64,000 bases of DNA from Pseudobutyrivibrio sp. (GTDB lineage: Bacteria > Bacillota > Clostridia > Lachnospirales > Lachnospiraceae), in the NCBI GenBank assembly GCA_024693775.1, contig JAILKL010000068.1, positions 12,938-76,937 of the forward strand, read 5' to 3'. The stretch's first letter is position 1. Each line of letters begins with the position of its first letter. Positions 48,253-60,211 of the stretch are shown here, in pieces. Both the position numbers and the translations under genes were made by a program. The notes beneath the pieces are model-generated. The model had not been told where the DNA came from. It did no database searches and saw only the letters and a list, made by a program, of their open reading frames with translations.

Positions 48253-49881
48253 ATGGCATCGAATAAAAAATGGTGGAAAAATTCTATATGTTACCAGATA
48301 TATCCTCGCTCATTTTGCGATAGCAATGGGGATGGAATAGGAGATATACCTGGAATCATTTCAAAATTACATTATCTTAAAGAGCTAGGTGTAGACATTA
48401 TTTGGCTATGTCCGGTCTATCCTAGTCCAAATCATGATAACGGTTATGATATTTCAGATTACACAGCCATTAATCCAGAGTTTGGAACAATGGATGATAT
48501 GGATAAGCTCATAAGCCGTGCAAAACGCCTTGGAATTAAAATAATAATGGATTTGGTTATCAACCATACTTCGGACGAGCATGAGTGGTTTAAGCGCGCT
48601 TTAGCAGGCGATGAAGAATACAAGGATTTCTATTATTTCAGAAAAGGAAATGGAAATAAAAAGCCTAACAATTGGAAGTCATTTTTTGGAGGTGACGCTT
48701 GGCAAAAGGTGGGGGATGACGAATATTATCTACATCTTTTCAGTGAACATCAGCCAGATTTAAATTGGCACAATCCAAAGGTATACGAAAAAGTTTCCGA
48801 AATAATGAGATTCTGGTTAGATAAGGGAATATACGGATTTAGATGTGACGTTATAAATATTATTTACAAGCAATCGCTAGAGGATGGCGCTACCAACAAT
48901 GGCCTTGTAGGCATGGAGCACTATCTTAATACAGAGGGCTGTCATGAGCTTTTAGCCAGATTCAATAAGGAAATATGGTCTAAATACAAGACATTTGTTG
49001 TGGGTGAAACAGTGGCAGTTACACCAGAGGATATGCAGCTTTTATGCTCAGAGCATAGAGGAGAGCTGGATTTGGGATTCTTTTTTGAGCATATGGACGT
49101 TGATAGTCGTGGCTCAAAGTGGTACAAAAAGAAATACTACCCTAATTGTCTTATAAAAATATTAGATAAGTGGCAAAACAGTGTTGATTACACAGCAAAC
49201 TATTTAGAGAATCACGATCAAATCAGAAGTGTAAATCATTTCGGCGATACAGAAAAATTCTGGAGAGAAAGCGCCACCATGCTGTGTGGTATGAATCTTT
49301 CTTTGAAGGGGATGCCATTTATATACCAAGGACAGGAAATAGGTATGACCAATGGTGACTTTACCTCGATTGAAGAGCTTAGGGATGTAGAATCCTATAA
49401 TGCTGAAAGAGAAATGGCACAGAAGGGCATTATCAAATGCATTCGTAGAAAACTCGTACTTAATACCTCAAGAGACAATGCAAGAACACCAATGCAGTGG
49501 GATAACTCTGAGAAAGCTGGCTTTACTGATGGAGAGCCTTGGCTCAAAATTAATAGTAATAAATCATTTATTAATGTTGAAGCAGAGCAAAATGATGAAA
49601 ATTCAGTACTAAATTTCTATAGGAAAATGATCGACTATAGAAGAAATTCCAAGGCGCTTACAGAAGGTACCTATAGAAAGGTTGCAGGCCCTAGAGATGT
49701 ATACATATTTACAAGAGAGGCCCCAGAGGAGAGACTTTATGTATATTGCAATATGACCTCCAATGTAAAAGAAGTAGAGTTTTATGGTGATACAATAGTA
49801 TTTGGCAACTATAAGAAAGAAAATCGTACCGAAAAGTATTTGCTTCCTTATGAGTTTAGAATAGTAAAATCTAATATATAA
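48253..49881 (+). CDS. GH13_31 alpha-glucosidase / oligo-1,6-glucosidase
   Basis: YQIYPRSF, DLVINH, QPDLN, FRCDVIN, VGE, ENHD, SRDNARTPMQW. Confidence 0.9.
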   Translation: MASNKKWWKNSICYQIYPRSFCDSNGDGIGDIPGIISKLHYLKELGVDIIWLCPVYPSPNHDNGYDISDYTAINPEFGTMDDMDKLISRAKRLGIKIIMDLVINHTSDEHEWFKRALAGDEEYKDFYYFRKGNGNKKPNNWKSFFGGDAWQKVGDDEYYLHLFSEHQPDLNWHNPKVYEKVSEIMRFWLDKGIYGFRCDVINIIYKQSLEDGATNNGLVGMEHYLNTEGCHELLARFNKEIWSKYKTFVVGETVAVTPEDMQLLCSEHRGELDLGFFFEHMDVDSRGSKWYKKKYYPNCLIKILDKWQNSVDYTANYLENHDQIRSVNHFGDTEKFWRESATMLCGMNLSLKGMPFIYQGQEIGMTNGDFTSIEELRDVESYNAEREMAQKGIIKCIRRKLVLNTSRDNARTPMQWDNSEKAGFTDGEPWLKINSNKSFINVEAEQNDENSVLNFYRKMIDYRRNSKALTEGTYRKVAGPRDVYIFTREAPEERLYVYCNMTSNVKEVEFYGDTIVFGNYKKENRTEKYLLPYEFRIVKSNI

Positions 49882-49886
49882 AAATT

Positions 49887-49922
49887 AAAGGCTTCAAAGA
49901 TTTTAATCTTTGAAGCCTTTTT
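49887..49922. terminator. Bidirectional terminator
   Basis: AAAGGCTTCAAAGATT-tt-AATCTTTGAAGCCTTT. Confidence 0.85.
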
Positions 49923-49931
49923 ATTTAAATA

Positions 49932-52900
49932 TTAAGCATCTTTTTTATTTAAGTTTTTGTTTGCTGTAGAAAGCATTAACTTAATACGGTTAAGCTGATT
50001 TACCTCTGATGCACCTGGATCGTAATCGATAGCTACGATGTTTGCATCTGGATGCTCATGGCGAATTCGCTTAATAACACCCTTACCAACAACGTGATTT
50101 GGTAAGCAACCAAATGGCTGAATACAGATAATGTTGCTTGCGCCAGTTTCGATAAGCTCTAGCATTTCGCCTGTAAGGAACCATCCCTCACCAGTCTGAT
50201 TTCCAAGAGAAACGATTTCCTTAGCATTAGCAGCTGTGTCTGTAATATATGCTGGAGCAGTAAATCTCTTAGACTTATTGAACTCATCTCTAGCTGCAGA
50301 TCTAAGCCACTCAAAGAACTTTATTCCCATGTTGCAATAGAACTTAGTCTTCTTGCTTGCACCAAGGTTTTCTTCTTTAAAGTTTGTGTTATAGAAGCTG
50401 TATAGTAAGAAGTCTGTTAAGTCAGGAACAACAGCCTCAGCACCTTCCTGCTCGAGTAAGTCTGCTAAGTGGTTGTTTGCTGCTGGAAGGAATTTTACAA
50501 GAATTTCTCCAACAATACCAACTCTAGGCTTCTTTAAATCTTCATGTATTGGAAGATTATCGAAATCTCGAATCATTTCACGGCACATCTTCTTAAACTT
50601 GCTATGAGAAAGAATCTTGTCATTTGAAATGAAATCAATAACCTTTTTCTTCCACTGCTCATGAAGCTCATTTGTAGAACCTGGTGTTAATTCATAAGGT
50701 CTAACTCTATATACACATCTTAATAGGATATCACCAAATGTAAGTGCATATAAGCCATGCTGAATAAGACTAGGTGTAAGCTTGAAGCCTGGGTTCTTCT
50801 CGAATCCGTTAAGGTTAAGAGAAATTACAGGAACATCTGGATAGCCAGCCTTTGCAAGAGCTCGTCTTATAAATCCGATGTAGTTTGAAGCTCTACAACC
50901 ACCACCTGTCTGAGAAATCAAAAGAGCAGTACGGCTCATATCAAAATCACCAGTATCGATAGCAGCCATAAGCTGACCGATTACCATGAGTGATGGATAA
51001 CATGCATCGTTGTTTACATATTTAAGTCCAACATCTACGCAAGTACGTGTTGGGATGTCTGGAACTACCAGATTGTATCCGGCTGCATTAAATGCAGGCT
51101 CGATTAAATCAAAGTGGATAGGTGACATCTGTGGGCAAAGAATTGTGTAATTCTTTTTCATTTCCTCTGTGAAAACTACACGATTGTAATTTGCAGGGAC
51201 AATTTCACGTTCAGTATGACGCTTTTTCTTTACACGTAATGCTGCAAGAAGCGAACGAACACGGATTCTTGCTGCACCAAGATTGTTTACCTCGTCAATC
51301 TTTAGGCAAGTATAAATCTTTCCAGACTGTGTAAGAATATCAGCAACCTGATCTGTTGTAACGGCATCAAGACCACATCCAAATGAGTTGAGCTGAATTA
51401 AATCAAGGTTATCATGCTTCTTTACGTAGTTTGCAGCTGAGTACATACGAGAATGGAACATCCATTGATCCATAACAATAAGTGGACGCTCTACTTCACC
51501 TAAGTTAGAAATAGAATCCTCTGTAAGTACGGCAATACCATAGCTGTTGATAAGCTCTGGAATACCATGGTTAATCTCAGGATCAACGTGGTATGGTCTA
51601 CCAGCAAGAACGATACCATGCTTTCCAGTTTCCTCAAGATATTTGAGAACTTCCTGGCCCTTAGCATACATATCATTTCTAAAGTTTTCCTGCTCTAACC
51701 AAGCTGCATGAGCTGCTTCTCTGATTTCTGTACCAGGAATATCGAATTCCTGCTTAAATACCTTGGCGAGCTGCTCAGTAAGAATTTCCTCGCTTGAGAA
51801 TGCCATAAATGGATTTAAGAATCTAACCTTACCTGATGTAATTTCATCTACATTATTTTTAATGTTTTCAGCGTATGATGTTACGATAGGACAGTTGTAA
51901 TGATTGTTTGCATCAGGGAACTCATCTCTTTCGTATGGTACACATGGATAATAAATGAAGTCTACGTTTCCTTCGTTGATTAACCACTGAACGTGACCAT
52001 GTGTTAACTTTGCTGGATAACATTCTGACTCTGAAGGAATTGACTCAATACCAAGCTCATATACCTTTCGGTTTGAACGAGGTGAGAGAACAACTCTGAA
52101 TCCAAGCTTCTTAAAGAATGTTGCCCAGAATGGATAGTTTTCATAAAGATTAAGAACACGAGGAATACCAACTGTACCACGAGTCATTTCCTCTTCTGAT
52201 AATGGTTCATAATCAAATAATCGATTGTATTTATATTCGTAAAGGTTAGGGATGTTTTCCTTATTTTTAACACCGCCTGCACCCTTTTCACATCTGTTAC
52301 CTGTGATGAATGAACGTCCGCCTGAGAATCTATTAATTGTTAATAGGCAGTGGTTTACACAACCCTGGCAACGTGTGAGCTTTGTATCAAAAGTAAGATT
52401 ATTGATCTCATCAATACCAAGTGTAGTAGTTGTAGGATTTTCTTCGTATCTTTCCTTTGCGATAAGAGCACAACCAAAGGCACCCATAATACCTGCAATA
52501 TCAGGACGAGTAACCTCAACACCAGCTACCTTTTCAAGAGATCTAAGTACGGCATCGTTGTAGAATGTACCACCCTGAACAACGATATTCTTTCCAAGCT
52601 CTGAAGCATCAGAAAGCTTGATAACCTTAAATAATGCATTCTTGATAACAGAGTATGCAAGACCTGAAGAAATATCAGCAACGCTGGCGCCTTCCTTCTG
52701 TGCCTGCTTTACCCTTGAGTTCATGAATACAGTACATCTTGTACCTAGGTCGATTGGGTTGAGTGCGAATAAAGCTTCCTCAGCAAAATCCTGTACACTA
52801 AAGTCAAGTGACTTAGCAAATGTCTCGATGAATGAACCACATCCAGAAGAACATGCCTCATTTAACTGTACACTGTCTACAACACCATTTTTGATGCGGA

Positions 52901-54188
52901 TACATTTCATATCCTGTCCACCGATATCAAGGATACAGTCAACATCAGGATCAAAGAATGCTGCAGCATAATAATGAGCGATAGTTTCTACTTCACCATC
53001 ATCAAGCTGAAGAGCGGCCTTTAATAGTGCTTCACCGTATCCAGTAGAGCATGAGTGCACAATGTGAGTATCCTCAGGCATAATCGAATAGATTTCTTTT
53101 AATGCGGTAAGTGATGTTGCAAGTGGACTACCATTGTTACTAGAGTAGAATGAGTAAAGAAGAGTACCATCTTCACCAACTACAGCAAGCTTTGTGGTAG
53201 TAGAACCGGCATCTATACCTAGATACACATTTCCATGATAATTTGCTAGATCGCCCTTTTTAACTTCTGCTTTTGCATGACGATCCTTGAATGCTCTAAA
53301 GTCTTCTTCAGATTCAAATAATGGATCTAATCGAGCAACCTCGAAGTCCATCTTGATACCCTCAGATAACTTGTCGATAAGTGTGTCCATTGGAAGATGA
53401 TTTTCTTCCTTTGAATTAAGTGCAGAACCAATAGCTGCAAAAAGATGTGAGTTGTCTAATTCAATGGCATGCTCATCATCTAGCTTTAATGTTCTGACAA
53501 AGGCTTCCTTTAACTGGTCAAGGAAGTGAAGTGGTCCACCTAAGAATGCAACGTGGCCACGGATAGGCTTTCCGCAGGCAAGTCCAGAAATAGTCTGGTT
53601 AACAACAGCCTGGAAAATAGATGCTGATAAATCTTCCTTAGAAGCACCTTCATTGATAAGAGGCTGAATATCAGTCTTTGCAAATACACCACAACGAGCG
53701 GCGATTGGATAAATTGCCTTGTAGTCCTTTGCATACTGGTTTAGGCCAGGAGCATCTGTCTGAAGAAGAGAGGCCATCTGGTCAATAAAGGAACCAGTAC
53801 CGCCGGCACAAATACCATTCATTCTCTGTTCAACATTTCCGTTTTCAAAATAAATGATTTTAGCATCTTCACCACCAAGCTCGATAGCGACATCTGTCTG
53901 TGGAGCGTAGTGAGTAAGTGATGTAGAAACAGCAATTACCTCCTGTACAAATTCCACACCGAGATGCTTAGCAAGAGTCAAACCGCCTGAGCCAGTAATC
54001 ATTGGGCGAACCTCAATTTTTCCAAGCTTTGACTTTGCCTGTGTTAATAAATCGGTGAGAGTTTGCTGTATATTAGCAAAATGCCTCTGATAATCTGAAA
54101 ATAATAAATTGTTGTCATCATCTAAGACAGCAACTTTTACAGTAGTAGAACCGATATCGATTCCGAGTTTAAATAATTTGTTCTCCAT
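49932..54188 (-). CDS. Multidomain 2-hydroxyacyl-CoA dehydratase activase-related protein (2x BcrAD/BadFG ATPase + DUF2229)
   Basis: GIDIGSTT and [34 protein letters not shown]; start ATG 54188 after AGAAAG. Confidence 0.85.
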   Translation of the reverse strand: MENKLFKLGIDIGSTTVKVAVLDDDNNLLFSDYQRHFANIQQTLTDLLTQAKSKLGKIEVRPMITGSGGLTLAKHLGVEFVQEVIAVSTSLTHYAPQTDVAIELGGEDAKIIYFENGNVEQRMNGICAGGTGSFIDQMASLLQTDAPGLNQYAKDYKAIYPIAARCGVFAKTDIQPLINEGASKEDLSASIFQAVVNQTISGLACGKPIRGHVAFLGGPLHFLDQLKEAFVRTLKLDDEHAIELDNSHLFAAIGSALNSKEENHLPMDTLIDKLSEGIKMDFEVARLDPLFESEEDFRAFKDRHAKAEVKKGDLANYHGNVYLGIDAGSTTTKLAVVGEDGTLLYSFYSSNNGSPLATSLTALKEIYSIMPEDTHIVHSCSTGYGEALLKAALQLDDGEVETIAHYYAAAFFDPDVDCILDIGGQDMKCIRIKNGVVDSVQLNEACSSGCGSFIETFAKSLDFSVQDFAEEALFALNPIDLGTRCTVFMNSRVKQAQKEGASVADISSGLAYSVIKNALFKVIKLSDASELGKNIVVQGGTFYNDAVLRSLEKVAGVEVTRPDIAGIMGAFGCALIAKERYEENPTTTTLGIDEINNLTFDTKLTRCQGCVNHCLLTINRFSGGRSFITGNRCEKGAGGVKNKENIPNLYEYKYNRLFDYEPLSEEEMTRGTVGIPRVLNLYENYPFWATFFKKLGFRVVLSPRSNRKVYELGIESIPSESECYPAKLTHGHVQWLINEGNVDFIYYPCVPYERDEFPDANNHYNCPIVTSYAENIKNNVDEITSGKVRFLNPFMAFSSEEILTEQLAKVFKQEFDIPGTEIREAAHAAWLEQENFRNDMYAKGQEVLKYLEETGKHGIVLAGRPYHVDPEINHGIPELINSYGIAVLTEDSISNLGEVERPLIVMDQWMFHSRMYSAANYVKKHDNLDLIQLNSFGCGLDAVTTDQVADILTQSGKIYTCLKIDEVNNLGAARIRVRSLLAALRVKKKRHTEREIVPANYNRVVFTEEMKKNYTILCPQMSPIHFDLIEPAFNAAGYNLVVPDIPTRTCVDVGLKYVNNDACYPSLMVIGQLMAAIDTGDFDMSRTALLISQTGGGCRASNYIGFIRRALAKAGYPDVPVISLNLNGFEKNPGFKLTPSLIQHGLYALTFGDILLRCVYRVRPYELTPGSTNELHEQWKKKVIDFISNDKILSHSKFKKMCREMIRDFDNLPIHEDLKKPRVGIVGEILVKFLPAANNHLADLLEQEGAEAVVPDLTDFLLYSFYNTNFKEENLGASKKTKFYCNMGIKFFEWLRSAARDEFNKSKRFTAPAYITDTAANAKEIVSLGNQTGEGWFLTGEMLELIETGASNIICIQPFGCLPNHVVGKGVIKRIRHEHPDANIVAIDYDPGASEVNQLNRIKLMLSTANKNLNKKDA

Positions 54189-54353
54189 AAAAACTTTCTT
54201 TCTTATTAAAATATAGTTTCTAATTATGCAACATTTCGTATTATAAATGTCCTGTAAAAAAATGACAATAAACAAATAGTAAAATATGTAGGAACATAAC
54301 CTTTTGTTGTAATTTAAAACACCGTATTTTATAGTAATAATAGGAGTATAAAT

Positions 54354-54905
54354 ATGGTAAGAGAAAAGTTTATTGTTAAATTAGACAATATAATAGCTGC
54401 AATTATGGGAATAACTATATTTTTCTGCCTCACAAAGTGTCAGATTCCATATAGAATTATTCCCGGAACAGATTTTCAAATTAGACAGGTTTTTCTATCA
54501 ATCATAGCAGCTATGTATGGACCAGTTACCGGAGGGGTAGTAGGTCTCTTCGGACATTTATTGTCTGATGCCTTATATTATGAAAATATCAGCTATGGTT
54601 GGATAGCTGCAGACTGTATATATGGCATACTCATTGGATATTTCTTTGATGATTACAAGGTCCTATTAGGCCAGTTCAAGAAAATCGAGATATTTAGATT
54701 CAATATGATTCAGCTGATTGCAAATGCCATATGCTGGCTTATCGTTGCACCATTTATAGATATGACATTGTTTGATGAGCCAGTTGACAAGGTGGTTGCT
54801 CAGGGCTTCTTTGCGTTTATCAGCAATTTTGTTTTAATATTTATAATAGGAACACTAGTGCTTTTATTAATTTCATTTTGTGTTAATAAAAAAATAGAAA
54901 AATAG
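54354..54905 (+). CDS. ECF transporter S component (UPF0397-like)
   Basis: [18 protein letters not shown]; six predicted TM segments. Confidence 0.75.
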   Translation: MVREKFIVKLDNIIAAIMGITIFFCLTKCQIPYRIIPGTDFQIRQVFLSIIAAMYGPVTGGVVGLFGHLLSDALYYENISYGWIAADCIYGILIGYFFDDYKVLLGQFKKIEIFRFNMIQLIANAICWLIVAPFIDMTLFDEPVDKVVAQGFFAFISNFVLIFIIGTLVLLLISFCVNKKIEK

Positions 54906-54949
54906 AAAATTTTATCTTTACAAAAGACTGGGTACTGTTGTAATATTTC

Positions 54950-55012
54950 AAAGTACAAGGGCGTACTTTTTTAGACGAGAGCTTTCTCGTTTAAAAAAAA
55001 ACGCTCTTTTTT
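54950..55012 (+). promoter_or_regulatory. ANTAR-type hairpin overlapping a leader terminator
   Basis: AAAGTAC-AAGGGC-GTACTTT hexaloop (A1, G4) is mutually exclusive with the terminator AAGGGCGT...ACGCTCTT+T run. Confidence 0.7.
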
Positions 55013-55029
55013 CATTTTAAGGAGGAAAT

Positions 55030-56283
55030 ATGTCGCAGTATTCTATTGATGATATTGTAGAGTTCGTTGTTGAGAATGACGTAAAATTCATACGTCTAGC
55101 CTTTTGTGACCTCTACGGAACACAAAAAAATATATCGATAATGCCAGAAGAGTTGAAACACGCCTTTGAAGAAGGTGTTAATTTCGACTCTTTTCTTATT
55201 TTAGGCTTTGATGATTCTAGAAGTCAGGATTTATTTTTAAAGCCTGATCCAGATACACTTAGAGTTTTGCCTTGGAGACCACAGGCAGGCCGTGTTATTC
55301 GTTTCTACTGTAATATCGTTATGGCTGATGGTACACCATTTATATACGACTATAGACATTTCTTGCAGGAGACAATAAAGGAGTGTAATGAGCTTGGGTT
55401 CTCTACAAGAATGGGATTAAAATCCGAATTCTATCTATTTAAAGAGGATGAAAATGGAAATTCATCTGGCGAGCCATTTGACAATGGTACTTATTTAGAT
55501 GTCGCTCCAGCAGACAAGGGCGAAAACATTCGTCGTGAGATTTGTCTTACATTAGAAGAAATGGGCATCATGCCACAATCATCACATCATGAAAGAGGTC
55601 CAGGTCAAAACGAAATAGATTTCACCTCTGCTGATGTACTTACTACTGCGGACAATTTTGTTACATACAAGAATGTAGTTGAAAACATTGCTAGTAGGAA
55701 TGGAGTAGTTGCATGCTTCGATCCAATGCCAATCGAGGATGCTCCTGGTAATGGATTACATATAAAGATGGCAAATTATAAGGGGGATGTTAATCTTCAA
55801 AGAGAAGATAAGGATTTCTCCGAAGGATTTATGGCGGGAATTCTTGGAAGAATGAGAGATATTACATTATTCCTTAATTGCAGAGAGGATTCTTATGATA
55901 GATTTGGCGTTTCAGAGGCTCCAAAATACATTACATGGTCATCACAAAATTTATCTAGATTATTCAGGGTCCCAGAAATAAATGGAAGAAGAGATCACTT
56001 CATTCTTAGATCTCCAGATTCATGTATTAATCCATATTTAGCCAGTGCGATTATTATTCAGGCTGGTCTAGAGGGCATTAGGAAAGGAGAAAAGCTTCCA
56101 CCATCTCTCGAAATTAATTCTAGAGATTTAACAGAAGAGAATGCGGCTGTATTAGAAATGCTTCCACTTTCACTTTCTGAGGCTATTGATTGTGCTGAAA
56201 ACTCAGATTTCTTAATGAAGTCAAGCTTTGCTGATTTGGCAAAAAGATACATTGATATCATAAAAGAAAGCCAAGAAGTATAG
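55030..56283 (+). CDS. Glutamine synthetase-like protein, catalytically degenerate
   Basis: VKFIRLAFCD, HHERGPGQNEI, GNGLH, LRSPD, NPYLA retained; several active-site residues substituted. Confidence 0.85.
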   Translation: MSQYSIDDIVEFVVENDVKFIRLAFCDLYGTQKNISIMPEELKHAFEEGVNFDSFLILGFDDSRSQDLFLKPDPDTLRVLPWRPQAGRVIRFYCNIVMADGTPFIYDYRHFLQETIKECNELGFSTRMGLKSEFYLFKEDENGNSSGEPFDNGTYLDVAPADKGENIRREICLTLEEMGIMPQSSHHERGPGQNEIDFTSADVLTTADNFVTYKNVVENIASRNGVVACFDPMPIEDAPGNGLHIKMANYKGDVNLQREDKDFSEGFMAGILGRMRDITLFLNCREDSYDRFGVSEAPKYITWSSQNLSRLFRVPEINGRRDHFILRSPDSCINPYLASAIIIQAGLEGIRKGEKLPPSLEINSRDLTEENAAVLEMLPLSLSEAIDCAENSDFLMKSSFADLAKRYIDIIKESQEV

Positions 56284-56293
56284 GAGTACATGT

Positions 56294-56866
56294 ATGGAAA
56301 GGGCATTGATTGTCTGCGATTCCGAAAAAGGTACTTTATTTTATAAATCATTTCTTAAGGAAAATGGAATACTCGATATGCTTGTGGCAGTAAATGGGCC
56401 GGAAGCAAAACGAAAAATATCAGATTACGATTTTGATTTATGTATTATAAATGGTCCAATTAATGGAGAAACTGGCGAGCAGCTATCAATTGATATAGCT
56501 GAAAAAAATATTTGCCAGGTTATTCTCTTTGTAAAAGCGGAACGCATAGAAGAAATTACAGAACACGTTGAAGATTATGGCGTTATCACTGTGGCCAAGC
56601 CAATCAACAAGCAGTTATTCTGGCAGGCCTTAAAGCTTGCAAGAGTTGCTCAAAGGCGTATTACAATGGCTCAAAAGCAAAATGCCAAGCTAGAGAAAAA
56701 ATTAGAAGAAATGAAAACCATTTCTAGAGCAAAGCTTTTACTTATTACAAATGAAGGCTTTACCGAGGAAAGTTCTCATAAATATATTGAAAAACAGGCA
56801 ATGGATCTGCGACTTAGTCGTGGGGAAGTAGCTGAAAAAATAATAAAGAAATATGAAGGAGTTTAA
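56294..56866 (+). CDS. ANTAR antiterminator with pseudo-receiver domain (NitR/AmiR-like)
   Basis: Receiver fold with DLCIIN and KP; coiled coil; [13 protein letters not shown]...YIEKQAMD. Confidence 0.9.
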   Translation: MERALIVCDSEKGTLFYKSFLKENGILDMLVAVNGPEAKRKISDYDFDLCIINGPINGETGEQLSIDIAEKNICQVILFVKAERIEEITEHVEDYGVITVAKPINKQLFWQALKLARVAQRRITMAQKQNAKLEKKLEEMKTISRAKLLLITNEGFTEESSHKYIEKQAMDLRLSRGEVAEKIIKKYEGV

Positions 56867-56867
56867 A

Positions 56868-58466
56868 ATGACAAAGCACGTATTTGTTACAGGTGGTGTA
56901 GTATCAGGCTTAGGAAAAGGTATTACAGCTGCGTCTTTAGGACGTTTACTTAAGATGAGAGGGTATAAGGTTGCTTCACAAAAGCTTGATCCATATATGA
57001 ACGTGGATCCAGGTACAATGAGCCCTTACCAGCATGGAGAGGTTTTTGTTACAGATGATGGTGCTGAGACAGATTTGGATTTAGGACATTATGAGAGATT
57101 TATCGATGAAAGTCTCAACAAGTATTCTAATCTTACATCAGGAAAGGTTTACTGGAATGTATTAAATCGCGAGAGAAAGGGAGAGTACTTAGGTCAGACT
57201 GTTCAGGTAATCCCTCATATCACAGAAGAAATCAAAAGATTTATTTATATGGGTGCAGAGACATCAGATTGCGATGTTCTTATTACCGAGATTGGTGGAA
57301 CTACAGGTGATATCGAATCACAGCCATTCCTTGAGGCCATTAGACAGGTTTCATTAGAAAAGGGACGTGAGAATTGCCTATTTATCCATGTAACATTGGT
57401 TCCATGGTTATCTGGTTCAGAAGAGCACAAGTCAAAGCCTACACAGCATTCAGTAAAGGAGCTTCAGTCACTTGGAATAGCTCCAAATATTATTGTTTGC
57501 CGCGTAGATCATCCATTAGAGCAGTCTATCAAGGATAAGATTTCATTATTTTGTAATGTTAAAAAGGACTGTGTAATCGAAAATGATACACTTGATTGCT
57601 TATATGAGGCACCTCTTATGATGCACAAGTATGGTTTAGACGATGTAGTATGTCGTGAGCTTGGCCTTGAAAACCGTACTCCTAAGATTGAATCATGGGA
57701 AAAAATGGTAGAAAATATAAAAGGTCTTGAAAAAACTACCAAAATTGCTATAGTTGGTAAGTACGTTGCTCTTCATGATGCATATTTATCTGTTAGAGAG
57801 GCCCTTTATCATGGTGGATATGCTAACAATACTCATGTAGAAATTGAGTGGGTTGATTCAGAAGAGATTACAAAAGAAAACGTAAAAGACATATTAGGAA
57901 ATGTTGATGGTATTTTAGTTCCTGGTGGATTTGGCGATAGAGGTATCGAAGGTAAAATCGCAGCTTGCCAGTTCGCTAGAGAAAATGATATTCCATATCT
58001 TGGTATTTGCCTTGGAATGCAGATTGCAGCAATCGAGTTTGCTAGAAATGTTTGTGGTATTTCAGATGCAAATTCTCGTGAGTTCAATAGCAATGGAAAG
58101 AATTGCGTCATCGATCTTATGGAAGAACAGATGGCAGTTCTCAGAAAAGGTGGTACAATGAGACTTGGCGCTTATCCATGTGCTATCAGACCAAACACAA
58201 AGCTTTTAGAGGCTTATGGAACAGAAAACATTTCTGAAAGACATAGACATAGATTTGAGTTTAATAATTCATATAGAGAAGTAATGACAGAAAATGGTTT
58301 GACCATCTCAGGAACTTCACCTAACGATGAGGTTGTAGAGGCAGTTGAGGTTTCAGCTAACAAATTCCACGTTGGAGTTCAGTTCCATCCAGAATTCAAG
58401 AGCCGTCCAAATAAGCCACATCCACTTTTTGCCGCTTTCATTAAGGCTAGTTTGGGGAATAACTAA
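56868..58466 (+). CDS. pyrG: CTP synthase
   Basis: [32 protein letters not shown]. Confidence 0.97.
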   Translation: MTKHVFVTGGVVSGLGKGITAASLGRLLKMRGYKVASQKLDPYMNVDPGTMSPYQHGEVFVTDDGAETDLDLGHYERFIDESLNKYSNLTSGKVYWNVLNRERKGEYLGQTVQVIPHITEEIKRFIYMGAETSDCDVLITEIGGTTGDIESQPFLEAIRQVSLEKGRENCLFIHVTLVPWLSGSEEHKSKPTQHSVKELQSLGIAPNIIVCRVDHPLEQSIKDKISLFCNVKKDCVIENDTLDCLYEAPLMMHKYGLDDVVCRELGLENRTPKIESWEKMVENIKGLEKTTKIAIVGKYVALHDAYLSVREALYHGGYANNTHVEIEWVDSEEITKENVKDILGNVDGILVPGGFGDRGIEGKIAACQFARENDIPYLGICLGMQIAAIEFARNVCGISDANSREFNSNGKNCVIDLMEEQMAVLRKGGTMRLGAYPCAIRPNTKLLEAYGTENISERHRHRFEFNNSYREVMTENGLTISGTSPNDEVVEAVEVSANKFHVGVQFHPEFKSRPNKPHPLFAAFIKASLGNN

Positions 58467-58530
58467 TCCTTGATATCAGGGCTTTTGCCTTGCTATAAAT
58501 TAAATTAATCTAACACAAAGGGAGGACACT

Positions 58531-59958
58531 ATGTTAGAAAAACAATTTAAACTCAGCGAAAACAATACTTCTGTTAAAACAGAAATTATCGCTGGACTTA
58601 CCACATTCATGACAATGGCTTATATCATTGCATTGAATCCAAATCTTCTCACAGGTTATGGCGCAGGCGGAAAGGAATTATGGAACGGCGTATTCCTTGC
58701 AACATGTATATCATCAGCTATCGCTATGTTTGTTATGGCATTCTTAGCTAACAAGCCATTCTGTCTTGCTCCAGGTATGGGTCTCAACTCATTCATGGCA
58801 GCGGTTATCGGAAACCTTGTAGCTATGACAGGCATGGGATATGTTGAGTCATTCCAGTCTATGTTATGTATCATCTTCATAGAAGGTGTAGTTTTCTTAA
58901 TCCTTTCTCTTTTAAACATCAGAGAAAAGATTGTAGATGCTATTCCACTTGGAATCAGACTTGGTATTTCGCCAGCTATCGGTCTTATGCTTCTTAATAT
59001 TGGTTTTGGTTCAAACGTATACATTGCTAACAAGGATGGAGTTCAGTTCTTCGCAATGAAAGACTTCTTTGGTGCACTTACTGCATCATATGCAAAGCAG
59101 ACTATGACTGACGCTTATCCAGTTATGGTTCTTTCAGTTGTCACAATGTTCGTAGGTTTATTTGTAATTGTTGTTCTTGCATCAAAGGGAGTAAAGGCAG
59201 CTGTTATCCTTGGTATGCTTGTTTCATCTATTCTTTATTGGGTAGGTGATGCACTTGTACTAGGACAGAATCCTTTCGCTAGCCTTGCTACTGCATCATT
59301 TGTTCCAGCATTCAACGATATGGCTCAGACAACATTGTTCAAGCTCAACTTTGCAGGTTTAACTCAGATGGGTTGGTTTACTGCAGTTACTCTTGTAATT
59401 ACATTCTGCATTATCGATATGTTTGATACAATTGGAACACTTGTAGGTACAGCTTCACGAGCTGGTATGGTTGACAGAGAGGGCAACATGCCAAACATGA
59501 AGGAAGCTCTTCTTTCAGATTCAATTGGTACACTTGTTGGTTCATGCACAGGTACTTCTACAGTTACTACATTTATCGAGTCTGCTTCAGGTGTTGAGGC
59601 AGGTGGACGTACAGGTCTTACAGCACTTACATGTGGTATTGCATTCCTTGCATGTATTTTCCTTGCACCAATCGCTGCAATTATTCCAGCAGCAGCTACA
59701 TCAGCAGCACTTATCTATGTTGGTGTACTTATGATGACAGGACTTAAGAAAGTAAACTTTGATGACCTTTCAGTATGTGTACCTGTTACAATCATGCTTA
59801 TTGCAATGCCTATTTCAGGATCAATTGGTCACGGTATTGGACTTGCTATGATTTCTTACACAGTTATCAAGCTTTTCACAGGTAAGGCAAAGGAAGTATC
59901 AGCACTTACATATGTAATTTCTGCACTTTTCCTTATCAAGTTCTTCTTAGCAGTTTAA
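58531..59958 (+). CDS. NCS2/AzgA-type purine permease
   Basis: TEIIAGLTTFMTMAYI, APGMGLN, FDTIGT, ESASGVEAGGRTGLT. Confidence 0.9.
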   Translation: MLEKQFKLSENNTSVKTEIIAGLTTFMTMAYIIALNPNLLTGYGAGGKELWNGVFLATCISSAIAMFVMAFLANKPFCLAPGMGLNSFMAAVIGNLVAMTGMGYVESFQSMLCIIFIEGVVFLILSLLNIREKIVDAIPLGIRLGISPAIGLMLLNIGFGSNVYIANKDGVQFFAMKDFFGALTASYAKQTMTDAYPVMVLSVVTMFVGLFVIVVLASKGVKAAVILGMLVSSILYWVGDALVLGQNPFASLATASFVPAFNDMAQTTLFKLNFAGLTQMGWFTAVTLVITFCIIDMFDTIGTLVGTASRAGMVDREGNMPNMKEALLSDSIGTLVGSCTGTSTVTTFIESASGVEAGGRTGLTALTCGIAFLACIFLAPIAAIIPAAATSAALIYVGVLMMTGLKKVNFDDLSVCVPVTIMLIAMPISGSIGHGIGLAMISYTVIKLFTGKAKEVSALTYVISALFLIKFFLAV

Positions 59959-59986
59959 TTAATATTAATTAATATAGCGTATAGAG

Positions 59987-60021
59987 AAAAAAGCGATGCT
60001 ACGAAAGTAGCGTCGCTTTTT
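59987..60021 (+). terminator. Intrinsic terminator
   Basis: AAAAAGCGATGCTAC-gaaa-GTAGCGTCGCTTTTT. Confidence 0.85.
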
Positions 60022-60211
60022 AATTTGCCATTGTATTTGAAAATATATTGAAGGATATTTTATGAAATTATAAGAACAGTCTATATAAAAAAATTCTTTA
60101 ATATAAATATAGTTTTGGTCTAACCTTAAAACATGGGATTAAATAGGGACACCACAAAGGCTTATACTTCTAAACAGTTAGTAAAACGTAGCTGTGAAGG
60201 AGGTAATCATA

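Noticed and set aside
54189-54353. Riboswitch upstream of the ECF S component
   Set aside because: Short AT-rich divergent spacer with no recognisable aptamer or terminator
55030-56283. Functional glnA, or alternatively a pseudogene
   Set aside because: Key catalytic residues are substituted, yet the frame is intact with a strong RBS, so neither label is supported
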